This document shows, in pieces, positions 37,203-46,058 of a stretch of 64,000 bases of DNA. Below the pieces are notes generated by a model that saw nothing but the letters and a program-made list of their open reading frames with translations, was not told where the DNA came from and did no database searches. The stretch is taken from assembly GCA_002688035.1 (NCBI GenBank), contig NZBU01000005.1, positions 44,036-108,035 of the forward strand. Direction: 5' to 3'. Position numbers and translations under genes: made by a program. The stretch comes from Candidatus Iainarchaeum sp. (GTDB lineage Archaea; Iainarchaeota; Iainarchaeia; Iainarchaeales; GCA-2688035). Position 1 is the first letter of the stretch. Each line of letters starts with the position of its first letter.

Positions 37203-37798
37203 TTCTCCACCTTCGTTTCTTTTCCGCTGTCTTTTGCTATCTTCTCTTTTACCTCGTTGAACAGCTTTGTAAGTTCCTTAACATTTATTCCTTTTTCAAT
37301 ATATTTTGAAAAGTGCTTTTTCAATTCTTCATCGTTCAAACTTTTTGCATAATCTTCAATATGTTTTCCGCTTGCTCTTTCCTCGCTTGGCAGGGCGGTT
37401 TCCTCAAACTTTACATCAAGTCCATTATCTACTGCGCCCTTGAGTGCGGAGAATATTCTGGAACCATGAATCGGCGTATTAAACCCGATATCTAAAATTG
37501 CCTTGTTTACATTGCTCTTCTTTGCTTTGGCGGCTAAAAGCATTCCTGTAAGATAAGCACTTGGCAAATTCTTGCCTGAAAGCCAGCCAAATTGTTCAAG
37601 ATGCTTGCTTGAAACATGGACAAGTGCTTTGTCCCCTTTTGGTTCAAAAGCAATAAGCTGTAATACAATATGCTTGTTTGACTTTCTAACGCACATTCTG
37701 GGCAAACCACTCTTTATTGACGCAAGTCTCTTTTTGTAATTTGTCTTGCCCTCCTTTCTTCTTCTGAAAGGAACTTCATAAGTGCTAGTTGCTTTCAT
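37199..37798 (-). CDS. rpl18: 50S ribosomal protein L18 (uL18)
   Basis: YEVPFRRRKEGKTNYKKR..RKSNKHIVLQL..SAYLTGMLLA. Confidence 0.94.
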   Translation of the reverse strand: MKATSTYEVPFRRRKEGKTNYKKRLASIKSGLPRMCVRKSNKHIVLQLIAFEPKGDKALVHVSSKHLEQFGWLSGKNLPSAYLTGMLLAAKAKKSNVNKAILDIGFNTPIHGSRIFSALKGAVDNGLDVKFEETALPSEERASGKHIEDYAKSLNDEELKKHFSKYIEKGINVKELTKLFNEVKEKIAKDSGKETKVEK

Positions 37799-38253
37799 GC
37801 CTTCTTTGCCTCCTTCTTTTCTTCAACATAAGCTATGAGGTAGTTCTTTCCCCTGAAATAATTTCCTTTAATCATTCTGTAAAGCTTGCTGTAACCAATT
37901 TTTTCAACGGCCTTTGGGCTTTTTTCTTTGAGTTCCTTAAGCGTTCTTCTTTGAGCACGAACCTTCTTCATCCAGGTTTTCTTCTCGTTAACCCTGGTTT
38001 TCTTGGTTCCTTTCCTTTTTCCACTTCCTTTCTTTCGCCCTTTTGATTTTTTTTCTTTGAGTTTCCTTGCTCTTGCTCTGCTTTGGCTCAATGGCCTTCT
38101 CTTTCTAATGACTCCCTCGGTTACAAGTTCTCGCACGTCCTCTTTTGTCATGACTTCCGCGATTCTCTCGGCTTCCTCAGGGTTAAACCAAACGCGCTGT
38201 ACTCCTGAACCAAGTACGCTTGCCGCAATTCTCTTAACTTTCTTTAAATCCAT
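37795..38253 (-). CDS. rpl19e: 50S ribosomal protein L19e (eL19)
   Basis: MDLKKVKRIAASVLGSGVQRVWFNPEE..GVIRKR..SRARARK. Confidence 0.94.
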   Translation of the reverse strand: MDLKKVKRIAASVLGSGVQRVWFNPEEAERIAEVMTKEDVRELVTEGVIRKRRPLSQSRARARKLKEKKSKGRKKGSGKRKGTKKTRVNEKKTWMKKVRAQRRTLKELKEKSPKAVEKIGYSKLYRMIKGNYFRGKNYLIAYVEEKKEAKKA

Positions 38254-38260
38254 TCCAAAT

Positions 38261-38869
38261 TCACCCGTTCAAAACCGTCAAGCCAAGTTTATCGGCTTTC
38301 TCAACCAAAATATTTCTCTTTCTCTTTCCAAGTGTTTTGGCAAGCATTACCGCTGCGTTCTCAATGCTTGCAACTCTCTCCAATTCAGCTTCATTATTTA
38401 CAAGAATCGCGTTGTAACCACTTGGGTGCACTCCCCGAATATCTTTTGCAGTCTTATACCCTGTTTTTGGATATAGTCCGTCTTCCTGCTTAAAATAAAT
38501 GTCAATTCCCCTTGGTTTTCTCCATCTTTGCCACTTCTTATTTGATATTCGCCTAATGCTTCTGTTTCCAAAACGACCTCTAAACATCACTTTCTTTTTT
38601 CCCTTAATTTTTTCAGCAATGGCTTTCACTTCTTTGCTCTTCGACTTTTTCGTTGAAACTTTTTTCTCTTTTTTCGCCTTTGCTTTAACCGGTTTCTTCT
38701 CTGTTTTCTTGTCCTTGGTTTCCTTAACCTTATCTTTTTTCTCAGTCGTTGGCGCCTTTACTTCCTTCTTTGTTTTCACAGGCTCCACTGTCTTTTTCAC
38801 TTCTTTTTCTTTATTTACCGGTTTCTTGGCAACTTTTTTCTCTGTTTCATTTTTCTTGATTTCAGCCAT
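38261..38869 (-). CDS. rpl32e: 50S ribosomal protein L32e (eL32) with ~85-aa K-rich N-terminal extension
   Basis: C-terminal core FRGRFGNRSIRRISNKKWQRWRKPRGIDI..SGYNAILVNN, preceded by a low-complexity K/E/T/V region. Confidence 0.92.
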   Translation of the reverse strand: MAEIKKNETEKKVAKKPVNKEKEVKKTVEPVKTKKEVKAPTTEKKDKVKETKDKKTEKKPVKAKAKKEKKVSTKKSKSKEVKAIAEKIKGKKKVMFRGRFGNRSIRRISNKKWQRWRKPRGIDIYFKQEDGLYPKTGYKTAKDIRGVHPSGYNAILVNNEAELERVASIENAAVMLAKTLGKRKRNILVEKADKLGLTVLNG

Positions 38870-38878
38870 TATCTACAC

Positions 38879-39415
38879 CTATTTTCCTTTACTCACAATA
38901 AATATGCCATCTTGAAAGATTCGCCTGTCGCGGTTCTTGACTTTTGTGGCGCTCTCCATGTTTGCCGCAGTCTGCCCAACGGTTTCCTTGTCAATTCCCT
39001 TCACAACAACATCCTTACCTTTTATGGTTACCGTTGTTCCGGATAGTATTTTTGAAAACCTTGGTTTTTTCTCCCCGGCAAAATTATTTATCTCAAGCAC
39101 ATCTCCCTTTACATTAACACTCATTGGGAAGTGGCTGAACACAATTGTAAGATTATATTCATACTCTTCCTGAAGACCCTTTGCCATGTTCTGCAAGTGC
39201 CCGACAATTGTCTTGAGGCGTGCATTCATGCTTCTTTTGGCTGGAGTGGCTTCAACTTCAAGACCTTTATCTGTTTTCTTGAACGAAATTCCCTTGGTTT
39301 TGAAGACCCTGCTGTTTTCCTTGCCGTTGGCTTTCATGGTTATCTCACTGTCTTTTATTTCGAGTTCTGTGCCTTCTGGCAACACAATTTCCTGCTTAAA
39401 ACTTTCTTTTATCAT
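38879..39415 (-). CDS. rpl6: 50S ribosomal protein L6 (uL6)
   Basis: Two-domain L6 pattern (IVLPEGTELEIKD..; FSHFPMSVNVKGD..; FQDGIFIV). Confidence 0.93.
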   Translation of the reverse strand: MIKESFKQEIVLPEGTELEIKDSEITMKANGKENSRVFKTKGISFKKTDKGLEVEATPAKRSMNARLKTIVGHLQNMAKGLQEEYEYNLTIVFSHFPMSVNVKGDVLEINNFAGEKKPRFSKILSGTTVTIKGKDVVVKGIDKETVGQTAANMESATKVKNRDRRIFQDGIFIVSKGK

Positions 39416-39424
39416 AAAATTGCC

Positions 39425-39817
39425 TCAATAAATATATGCGAGCAGTCTTCCACCAGTTCCTTGCTCCTTTGCCTCACGGTGTGTTACAACTCCTTTTGGT
39501 GTGGAAACTATCAACAATCCAATGTCCTTTGCAGGCAGGTAACGTTTCTCATATTTCTCAAACTCACTCTTTTTCACGGCATACCTTGGCTTTATCGCTC
39601 TACACTGGTTTATCTTTCCAGTTAGCTCTATCCTGTAAATGCCTTCCCTGCCATCATCAACAAACTCGAATGTGCTGATGTAACCCTTTTTCTGCATTAC
39701 CTTTAGTATCTCGCCCAAGAGCTTTGACGCAGGTCTAAAAACACACTCTTTTTTAGAGGCCACATCACTGTTCTTCAGGTTTATTAACGCATCTGCAATT
39801 GGGTCTATCATTGTCAT
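39425..39817 (-). CDS. rps8: 30S ribosomal protein S8 (uS8)
   Basis: DPIADALINLKNSD..KKGYISTFEFVDDGREG..STPKGVVTHREAKEQGTGGRLLAYIY. Confidence 0.95.
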   Translation of the reverse strand: MTMIDPIADALINLKNSDVASKKECVFRPASKLLGEILKVMQKKGYISTFEFVDDGREGIYRIELTGKINQCRAIKPRYAVKKSEFEKYEKRYLPAKDIGLLIVSTPKGVVTHREAKEQGTGGRLLAYIY

Positions 39818-39832
39818 CCATCTTCACCTTCT

Positions 39833-39982
39833 TTAATCATATTTTTTAAATCCAAGTTTTTCCGCAATATCCTTGAAACATCGCCTGCAAACGTTCAAGT
39901 CATATTTCCTGATAATTGATTGCCTCGTCTTACAAATACGGCATCTCCTGTTCTTCTTATCTTCTCGGATATCGCGCTTCAT
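39833..39982 (-). CDS. rps14: 30S ribosomal protein S14 (uS14, zinc type)
   Basis: 49-aa ORF missed by the track: MKRDIREDKKNRRCRICKTRQSIIRKYDLNVCRRCFKDIAEKLGFKKYD (CxxC..CxxC). ATGA overlap with the rpl5 stop. Confidence 0.9.
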   Translation of the reverse strand: MKRDIREDKKNRRCRICKTRQSIIRKYDLNVCRRCFKDIAEKLGFKKYD

Positions 39983-40494
39983 TCTACTCTCACTCCAAAG
40001 TGTTTCTGCATGAACTCGATTGCGGCTTCTTTTCTTACAATATGGTTCTTGCCAACTTTCTTTCTCTTCTGTTTCCTCATTTTTATTCTATAACCTGGCC
40101 TGGCCAGTGTAACCAATACATCAAAGCCTCTTATTCCAAGTGAAGGATCATACTTTATTCCAGGCATGTCAATGTATTCATGAATTCCAAATCCAAAATT
40201 TCCCTGTAAATCAAAATTTTTCTTGCTCAATGTGTTGTCCTTTGCATCCAGAGTCCGTTTTAGGAACTCAACCGCGTCATCTCTTCGCAGCACGACTTTT
40301 AGCCCTATTGGTAATCCCGGTCTAATCTCCCACTTTGGCTGTTTTACTTTACATTTGGTTTGAACAGCCTTGCTATTGGTAATTGTTTCGATAATTTTTT
40401 GAGCCCTCTTCATTTCGTCTCCACTTTGGCCTACACCCATGTTTACAGTGAGCTTCTCCACTCGAATCTGCCTCATGTTGTTAGACTCATTCAT
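39979..40494 (-). CDS. rpl5: 50S ribosomal protein L5 (uL5)
   Basis: MRQIRVEKLTVNMGVGQSGD..GNFGFGIHEYIDMPGIKYDP. Confidence 0.95.
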   Translation of the reverse strand: MNESNNMRQIRVEKLTVNMGVGQSGDEMKRAQKIIETITNSKAVQTKCKVKQPKWEIRPGLPIGLKVVLRRDDAVEFLKRTLDAKDNTLSKKNFDLQGNFGFGIHEYIDMPGIKYDPSLGIRGFDVLVTLARPGYRIKMRKQKRKKVGKNHIVRKEAAIEFMQKHFGVRVE

Positions 40495-41221
40495 TATCTT
40501 TCACCTTAAGACCAATATCCGGTTTGCTTTCTCCAATCACAAAAATGTTATCCACAACTGTTAGGAAACTACTATCTTTTTCCTCAAGTGAAACAAGCTT
40601 TGGACGTTTCATTGTTCCTGCAATGATATCCTTTACTTTTGCTGTTTCTCCAGAGTGCTCTCCTCCGACAATATAAACAATTCTTCCTTTGTCCAACTTT
40701 ATCTCTTTGAGAATCTTGTTATCCGACAAAGAAACCAATATTGAATCAAAGGGCTTGAGATCGCTCTTCTTCTGTAACAGGGTTTTACCATCATTTGTCT
40801 CAAGCTGGATCATTCCTTTCTTCACAGTTTTCTTTCCAATAATCTTGCACAGCTTACTTGCAGTCTCTTTCTCAGTTATGGCTTGCAATTCAAAGCGCCC
40901 TTTCTTATCAAGCATTATTCTGAAATATTTCTTTGCACTCGGAATACTTATAATATCAAACAATCCCACTGGAAATTTTGTTGATCTCCTGATAACTCCG
41001 TTAACCAAAATGGCTCCTGCTGACAGCGCCAGCTTTGTTTCCTGCATGTTATTTGTTAGCTCCATGAGGTCTCTCATGACAACGCCCAAGGCCATGCTCT
41101 CACGCCCAGTGTGTGCTCCCGGCATTTCTTTCAATAGCCAAGTGTGTGCTTTTCTGCCTATTTTGACAACTTTACTAGCACTAATTCTTTTTTGGCTTTT
41201 TCTTTCGCCCTTTTTCGCCAT
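40487..41221 (-). CDS. rps4e: 30S ribosomal protein S4e (eS4)
   Basis: GERKSQKRISASK..PGAHTGRESMALGVVMRDL..KOW IVGGEHSGETAKV. There are three tandem ATGs right after GGTGA, so the start is uncertain by 1-2 codons. Confidence 0.93.
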   Translation of the reverse strand: MAKKGERKSQKRISASKVVKIGRKAHTWLLKEMPGAHTGRESMALGVVMRDLMELTNNMQETKLALSAGAILVNGVIRRSTKFPVGLFDIISIPSAKKYFRIMLDKKGRFELQAITEKETASKLCKIIGKKTVKKGMIQLETNDGKTLLQKKSDLKPFDSILVSLSDNKILKEIKLDKGRIVYIVGGEHSGETAKVKDIIAGTMKRPKLVSLEEKDSSFLTVVDNIFVIGESKPDIGLKVKDNE

Positions 41222-41687
41222 CATCATTCACCTTTTTTACAGTTTTTTTCTTTTCTTCTGGCTTTTCAGCCTTCTCTTTTTTCTCTGTCTTCTCGACTTT
41301 CTTTTCTTCAGTTTTTTTATCTTTTTTTGTTGTTTTTTTTTCTTTTCCAATTCTTCTTGCATCATTCTTGTCAATGCTTGTAATCATGAGGTTTGAAGCA
41401 TGCAGAGGAATAGGCCTCTCGCTTCCATCACCCTTCTTTACTCCAAGTTTTTCAATGAACACCTGTAATTTATCATAACTTATGTGTGAAACTTTTCCCT
41501 CAAAGCCCTTGTTACTCCCGCGCATTACCTTAACCTTGTCGCCCTTTCGAAGTGAAAGTGCTCTACTACCAACACTTGCCCTCAAAGCCTGACTCACATT
41601 TGAAGCTAGGTTCTTTTGCCTTTTGTGCAAAGGCATTTTGTAGAAGAACTTTCTTTGCTTCTTTGGTTTGCTTGATTTAACATTCAT
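41181..41687 (-). CDS. rpl24: 50S ribosomal protein L24 (uL24) with ~55-aa K/E-rich tail
   Basis: KPKKQRKFFYKMPLHKRQK..KGDKVKVMRGSNKGFEGKV (KOW). The tail reads through the rps4e SD and its first ~13 codons in another frame. Confidence 0.92.
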   Translation of the reverse strand: MNVKSSKPKKQRKFFYKMPLHKRQKNLASNVSQALRASVGSRALSLRKGDKVKVMRGSNKGFEGKVSHISYDKLQVFIEKLGVKKGDGSERPIPLHASNLMITSIDKNDARRIGKEKKTTKKDKKTEEKKVEKTEKKEKAEKPEEKKKTVKKVNDDGEKGRKKKPKKN

Positions 41688-41697
41688 AAAAATCACT

Positions 41698-42096
41698 TCA
41701 TATTACTGCTGATGCCAGTCCCGCAATTTTTGGCCATCGCTCGCCAACTTCTTTGGCTACTACTCCCTTTACTTCACTTGCTTTTGGCAATCCTTTCTCA
41801 TCCACTAATACAACCGCATTATCCTCGAATGCTACTCTTGAACCGTCAGCTCGTCTGTAAGCGTGTTTTACTCTTACGATAACTGCTCTTTCAACTTTCT
41901 TTCTCACATCAGGCCTGCCTTTCTTAATTACAACAGTAACCATATCCGCAATTCCTGCTTTTGGAAGAGTCCTTTTCTTCCCATGATAGCCGATTGCGGA
42001 GATTATCTCAACTTCTTTTGCTCCACTGTTGTCTGTACAAAAGCACCTGCTTTTCTGCGAAAGGCTTCTTGTTACACTGGAACCGATTGCTTTCAT
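41698..42096 (-). CDS. rpl14: 50S ribosomal protein L14 (uL14)
   Basis: CTDNSGAKEVEIISAIGYHG..AVIVRVKHAYRRADGSRVAFEDNAVVLV. Confidence 0.96.
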   Translation of the reverse strand: MKAIGSSVTRSLSQKSRCFCTDNSGAKEVEIISAIGYHGKKRTLPKAGIADMVTVVIKKGRPDVRKKVERAVIVRVKHAYRRADGSRVAFEDNAVVLVDEKGLPKASEVKGVVAKEVGERWPKIAGLASAVI

Positions 42097-42395
42097 TTCT
42101 TCTCCTCTTTGGTCAAAATTTCCATTACCACAAAACTCTTTGTTTTACTGAGTTTTCTTGTTTCTCCAACCCTAACCATGTCATCTTCTTTTGCGTTAAT
42201 GCATTCAGGGTTATGAGCATAAATTTTTGAGCGGATTTTTTTATATCTCTCAAACTTTGGCAAATATCTTACAAGTTTTCTTTGCACTGTGACTGTTTTA
42301 TCGGGCTTGGCGCTAACAACCTTTCCGTCAAATACGTTGCCACGAATCTTTATGTTTCCGTGAACTGGGCATCTTGTATCATTGCATTCCGTCAT
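42093..42395 (-). CDS. rps17: 30S ribosomal protein S17 (uS17)
   Basis: CPVHGNIKIRGNVFDGKVVSAKPDKTVTVQR..YKKIRSKIYAHNP. Start set at the ATG overlapping (ATGA) the Rpp29 stop. Confidence 0.93.
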   Translation of the reverse strand: MTECNDTRCPVHGNIKIRGNVFDGKVVSAKPDKTVTVQRKLVRYLPKFERYKKIRSKIYAHNPECINAKEDDMVRVGETRKLSKTKSFVVMEILTKEEKK

Positions 42396-42694
42396 GCTCT
42401 TTTCCTCCAAGCAAACTTTGTTCTGTCCTCTGGCCTTGCCAGAATCTTTTTTCCGTCAACTTCAACTTTTTCATTTCCAATAACTATTTCGAATACGCTC
42501 TCCACTTTCGGTACTCTACGCAGTTCTTTTCCTGCTTCCAAACAAATCAAATTTTTTGTCTCATCCACTATTAATCCCTTCAAACCAATTCTCGACTTTT
42601 CTGTTCCACCAACAACCTTTGCTTTCAGCCCAATCAATTCATGTGCTGTAATGTTCTCCTTTGTTATCCGGTAATTTTTTCCTTCAAGCATCAA
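42392..42694 (-). CDS. rnp1: RNase P protein component 1 (Rpp29/Pop4)
   Basis: HELIGLKAKVVGGTEKSRIGLKGLIVDETKNLICLE Sm-like core, in the conserved SUI1-Rpp29-S17 position. Confidence 0.88.
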   Translation of the reverse strand: MMLEGKNYRITKENITAHELIGLKAKVVGGTEKSRIGLKGLIVDETKNLICLEAGKELRRVPKVESVFEIVIGNEKVEVDGKKILARPEDRTKFAWRKRA

Positions 42695-42986
42695 TCAATT
42701 CCTCTTTGAAACCTTTACTCAGTAAAAAATCTTTGACTTTAGCCCTATGTTCTCCCTGCAAAATTATTTCATCGTCCTTTGCTGTTCCGCCGCAAGCCAG
42801 TTTTCTTTTAAGTTCCTTCATTATTTCTGTCGGATTAACACTACTTTCAAGACCGCTCACAATTGTTACCACTTTTCCAAACCTTCTTCTGTCAGTCTTG
42901 ATTTTTATTTTCTGCTCTTCTTTTGCTATCTCCTGACAAACACATAGGTTCTGTGGCAAACCACATTTTGGGCAAATATCATCCAT
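42684..42986 (-). CDS. sui1: Translation initiation factor aSUI1 (eIF1)
   Basis: CPKCGLPQNLCVC zinc knuckle followed by RRRFGKVVTIVSGL..LKRKLACGGTAKDDEIILQGEHR. Confidence 0.92.
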   Translation of the reverse strand: MDDICPKCGLPQNLCVCQEIAKEEQKIKIKTDRRRFGKVVTIVSGLESSVNPTEIMKELKRKLACGGTAKDDEIILQGEHRAKVKDFLLSKGFKEELIDA

Positions 42987-43002
42987 TTTCTACTCGTCAC
43001 CT

Positions 43003-43221
43003 CTATTTTTTGTTTTTCTTTATCTTTTCTTCTCTCTTTTTTGCATTTAATACGGTAAGAAGCCTGGCAATGGTTTTCCTGACACTCTTTATTTTCCCAG
43101 GGTTATCTGGACGTGTGCCGCCTGCAACAAGAGCTTTTTCACGGGCCAAATCTGCCTTAAATATGGCAACTTGCTCTTGTAGGGTTTGTTCACTCATTGC
43201 TTTAATCTCGTTAATCTTCAT
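43003..43221 (-). CDS. rpl29: 50S ribosomal protein L29 (uL29)
   Basis: MKINEIKAMSEQTLQEQVAIFKADLAREKA..IKSVRKTIARLLTVL. Confidence 0.92.
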   Translation of the reverse strand: MKINEIKAMSEQTLQEQVAIFKADLAREKALVAGGTRPDNPGKIKSVRKTIARLLTVLNAKKREEKIKKNKK

Positions 43222-43232
43222 TCAAAAAACCT

Positions 43233-44177
43233 TCATTCTTTTTTCTTTTCCTTCTCGCCTTTTGCCTTTTTTTCCTCGATTTTGGCTTCTTTAGCCTCGT
43301 CATTTTTATTTGCCTTGTCATCCTTGACTTCTTCTTTCTTCTCAGTCTTGTCCTTTTTCTCTTTTTTAGGATTCTCTTCTTCTTTCACTTTCTTTTCCTT
43401 CTTTTCAACAGGCTTTTTCTCAACTTTCTTTGCTGTTTTCTTCTCGTCCTTTTTAGTTTCTTCTTTATTTCCAGCCTTTTCCTTTTTCGCTATCTTTTTC
43501 TCTATTTTTTCTTCTTCAGCTGTCTCTACTGTTCCAACTTTTTCTTCTTCTGTTTTTTCTTCAGCTTGCTGTTTTTTGGCAATCGCTTCTTTTATGTCAA
43601 TCTTATCCGGGAAGACAACTCCTGGTCTAATAATTCTAAGTTTTATTCCGATCGCGCCTGCCTTTGGATATGCACTTGCTTTTGCATAGTCCACAAGGCT
43701 TGTTTGATCTCCAACCTTTTTCATGTAACCCTCTGCGACTCTTTGCTTTCTCTTTCTTCCGCCTTTTCCGGCGAGCTTTCCTGATAAAACTAATTCTATT
43801 CCTTGGGCGCCTGCACCCATAACATCTCTAACTGTTCTAAAGGCAACACTTCTCCAGCTGTAGCCTCTCTCCAAAAGTGAGGCCATTTTGTTAACGATTG
43901 CTGTTGAATTTAAGTCTGATTGCGGGGTTTCCTGTATCTCTAGTTGCGGGTTGTCAACTCCAAACATGTTTCCAAGGACCCCTGTTAACTTCTTAATGTT
44001 CTGACCCTCTTTTCCGATTGCCAAGCCTGGTCTTGTAACCTGCAAAACTATTCTTGTAACAAGCGGTGTTTTCACTATTTCTAGCCCTGTGAAACCTGCT
44101 CTGTTAAGTTCTTTTTTGAGATAATGTTCTATCTCAATCTGTCGCATTCCCTGCTTTATGAAAACTCTTTCAATCAT
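43233..44177 (-). CDS. rps3: 30S ribosomal protein S3 (uS3) with ~110-aa K/E-rich C-terminal tail
   Basis: KH domain (FIKQGMRQIEIEHYLKKEL..) and S3-C core up to about aa 200. After that comes a pure K/E/A/T low-complexity tail (about 43233..43565). Confidence 0.94.
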   Translation of the reverse strand: MIERVFIKQGMRQIEIEHYLKKELNRAGFTGLEIVKTPLVTRIVLQVTRPGLAIGKEGQNIKKLTGVLGNMFGVDNPQLEIQETPQSDLNSTAIVNKMASLLERGYSWRSVAFRTVRDVMGAGAQGIELVLSGKLAGKGGRKRKQRVAEGYMKKVGDQTSLVDYAKASAYPKAGAIGIKLRIIRPGVVFPDKIDIKEAIAKKQQAEEKTEEEKVGTVETAEEEKIEKKIAKKEKAGNKEETKKDEKKTAKKVEKKPVEKKEKKVKEEENPKKEKKDKTEKKEEVKDDKANKNDEAKEAKIEEKKAKGEKEKKKE

Positions 44178-44641
44178 TTTGCTTCCCTCACAATAACTTC
44201 TATGTGCGTTGACTTCCTTCGCCTTCTTTTGCCCGAGATTCTTCCCTTTGACTGGAAACTGTATCTCCTAAATCCTTGTGATGCAAAAGCATGGGCTATT
44301 AGGAGGTTCTCTGAATCCAAACCTTTGAAATCTGCGTTAGCCTGAACACTCTCTAACAGTTTTATGAAAGCATTGCACGCAAGCTTTGGGTATCTTCCTG
44401 ATTTTACTCCGCTCTTACTTTCTCCTTTTCTATGTGCAACTTTTCTGTTATACTGTTTGAGCGGCAGGAATTCTTCTTGTGTAGCAACTCTACCCAAGAA
44501 AGCGACTGCTTTGTCAACTCGCTTTCCTCTTATCTCGCGGCAAATTTCTGTGGCATATTTGGTTGAAACTCTGCTGTTGGCTGAATAAGCTCTTGCAGAG
44601 TTCGCTGTGCCAATTTCCGCTTGATATGTTTTCTTAACCAT
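44174..44641 (-). CDS. rpl22: 50S ribosomal protein L22 (uL22)
   Basis: ARAYSANSRVSTKYATEICREIRGKRVDKAVAFL..GRYPKLACNAF. Confidence 0.94.
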   Translation of the reverse strand: MVKKTYQAEIGTANSARAYSANSRVSTKYATEICREIRGKRVDKAVAFLGRVATQEEFLPLKQYNRKVAHRKGESKSGVKSGRYPKLACNAFIKLLESVQANADFKGLDSENLLIAHAFASQGFRRYSFQSKGRISGKRRRRKSTHIEVIVREAK

Positions 44642-44645
44642 GTCA

Positions 44646-45050
44646 TCACTTTCTTGCCGTTATTGCTGTACTGCTCCTTGTTGCACCTATTCCTGCTTTT
44701 CCGTGCATAAGCTTCTTTCTGGTCATAACCATTTCACCCAAACGGTGCCCAAGCATCTCTGGCTTCACTTCAATGGTTTCAAAACTGTTTCCTCTATGAA
44801 CTGCGATTCTGACTCCAACCATTGCGGGAATAATAATAATGCCTCTCTGGTGTGTTCTGATAACTTTTGGATTTTTTCCTTGTTTTAGTTCATCCTTTGC
44901 CTTTTGAACCTTTTTCAAAAGCTTTTTGTCCAGGCCACGTGTAATACCTCTTCTCGCGCTTGAAGTTGCCAAAGCCGCAAACTCATTCAATTCCATTGCC
45001 TCTAATTCCGGCAATGTTTTTCCTCTGTAAGTGAATTCTTTCTTTACCAT
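44646..45050 (-). CDS. rps19: 30S ribosomal protein S19 (uS19)
   Basis: RTHQRGIIIIPAMVGVRIAVHRGNSFETIEVKPEMLGHRLGEM..HGKAGIGAT. Confidence 0.95.
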   Translation of the reverse strand: MVKKEFTYRGKTLPELEAMELNEFAALATSSARRGITRGLDKKLLKKVQKAKDELKQGKNPKVIRTHQRGIIIIPAMVGVRIAVHRGNSFETIEVKPEMLGHRLGEMVMTRKKLMHGKAGIGATRSSTAITARK

Positions 45051-45059
45051 AATCTCACC

Positions 45060-45782
45060 TTAGTTTTTCTTTTTTCTCCCTGTTCTTCTTGATGCAATAT
45101 TACCAACCTTTCTTCCAGGATGTGCATGCCTACTGGTACTCTTGCTTCCTCCGGCATGATGTTGTCCACCACCGAAAGGATGTGCGATTGGGTTCATTGC
45201 AATACCACGCACAACTGGGTATGGTCTTGATCTTGATTTCATTCTGTGCCACATGTTTCCTGCTTTCACAAATGGTTTCTCTGTTCTGCCTCCGCCGGCA
45301 ACACAACCTACTGTTGCTCTTGAAAGCAAATTTACTGCCATGCTCTTTCCGCTAGGCATCTTTAAGTTTGCGCGCTTACCGTCCTTTGAAACAAGTAGTG
45401 CATAACTTCCTGTTCCTCTAACAAACTTGCCTCCGTCTCCTGGAGACTTTTCAATGTTAAATACTGGGCAGCCCTCTGGAATGTTTGCAAGGGGCAAAGC
45501 ATTTCCAATTACAATACCTGCGTCCTTACCATATTCCACGTGCTGTCCTACTATCATTCCTTCTGCAGTAACAATGTGTGAGATCTCGTTGTTCTCAAAA
45601 AGCATTTGAGCCATAATCGCGTCTCTTCCATTTTCCTTAATCAAATTGATAACCTGACCTTGTAGCACGGATTCCTTTTGCTTGTTTTCATAGGATACAT
45701 AGGCTGATTCAAGCCCGCGTGCCTTTGCTTTGAAGACAGAGGTTCCTCTTCCCCTTCTCTGATGCTTTAATCTATTACCCAT
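45060..45782 (-). CDS. rpl2: 50S ribosomal protein L2 (uL2)
   Basis: GNALPLANIPEGCPVFNIE..VRGIAMNPIAHPFGGGQHH. Confidence 0.96.
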   Translation of the reverse strand: MGNRLKHQRRGRGTSVFKAKARGLESAYVSYENKQKESVLQGQVINLIKENGRDAIMAQMLFENNEISHIVTAEGMIVGQHVEYGKDAGIVIGNALPLANIPEGCPVFNIEKSPGDGGKFVRGTGSYALLVSKDGKRANLKMPSGKSMAVNLLSRATVGCVAGGGRTEKPFVKAGNMWHRMKSRSRPYPVVRGIAMNPIAHPFGGGQHHAGGSKSTSRHAHPGRKVGNIASRRTGRKKKN

Positions 45783-46058
45783 TTACAATACACCTAGTTT
45801 TGTTGCTATTTCATCTGCCTTAAATTTCTCGTTAATCTTGACAATTGCTTTCTTTCTTCCCTTTCGATCATTAAGAATCTTTACACTGTCAACTTTGATT
45901 TTATAATTCTTTTCAACTGCGTCCTTGACCATTGCCTTATTTGCCTTCATGTTCACGATAAAGCAAAGTTTGTTCTCTGTTTCAATCATGTTTATGGCTT
46001 TCTCGGTGATGAGAGGATATGTAACTATCTCGTACTGTGCAAGTTCTGTTTTCTTCAT
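45783..46058 (-). CDS. rpl23: 50S ribosomal protein L23 (uL23)
   Basis: ITEKAINMIETENKLCFIVNMKANKAMVKDAVEKNYKIKVDSV. Confidence 0.93.
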   Translation of the reverse strand: MKKTELAQYEIVTYPLITEKAINMIETENKLCFIVNMKANKAMVKDAVEKNYKIKVDSVKILNDRKGRKKAIVKINEKFKADEIATKLGVL

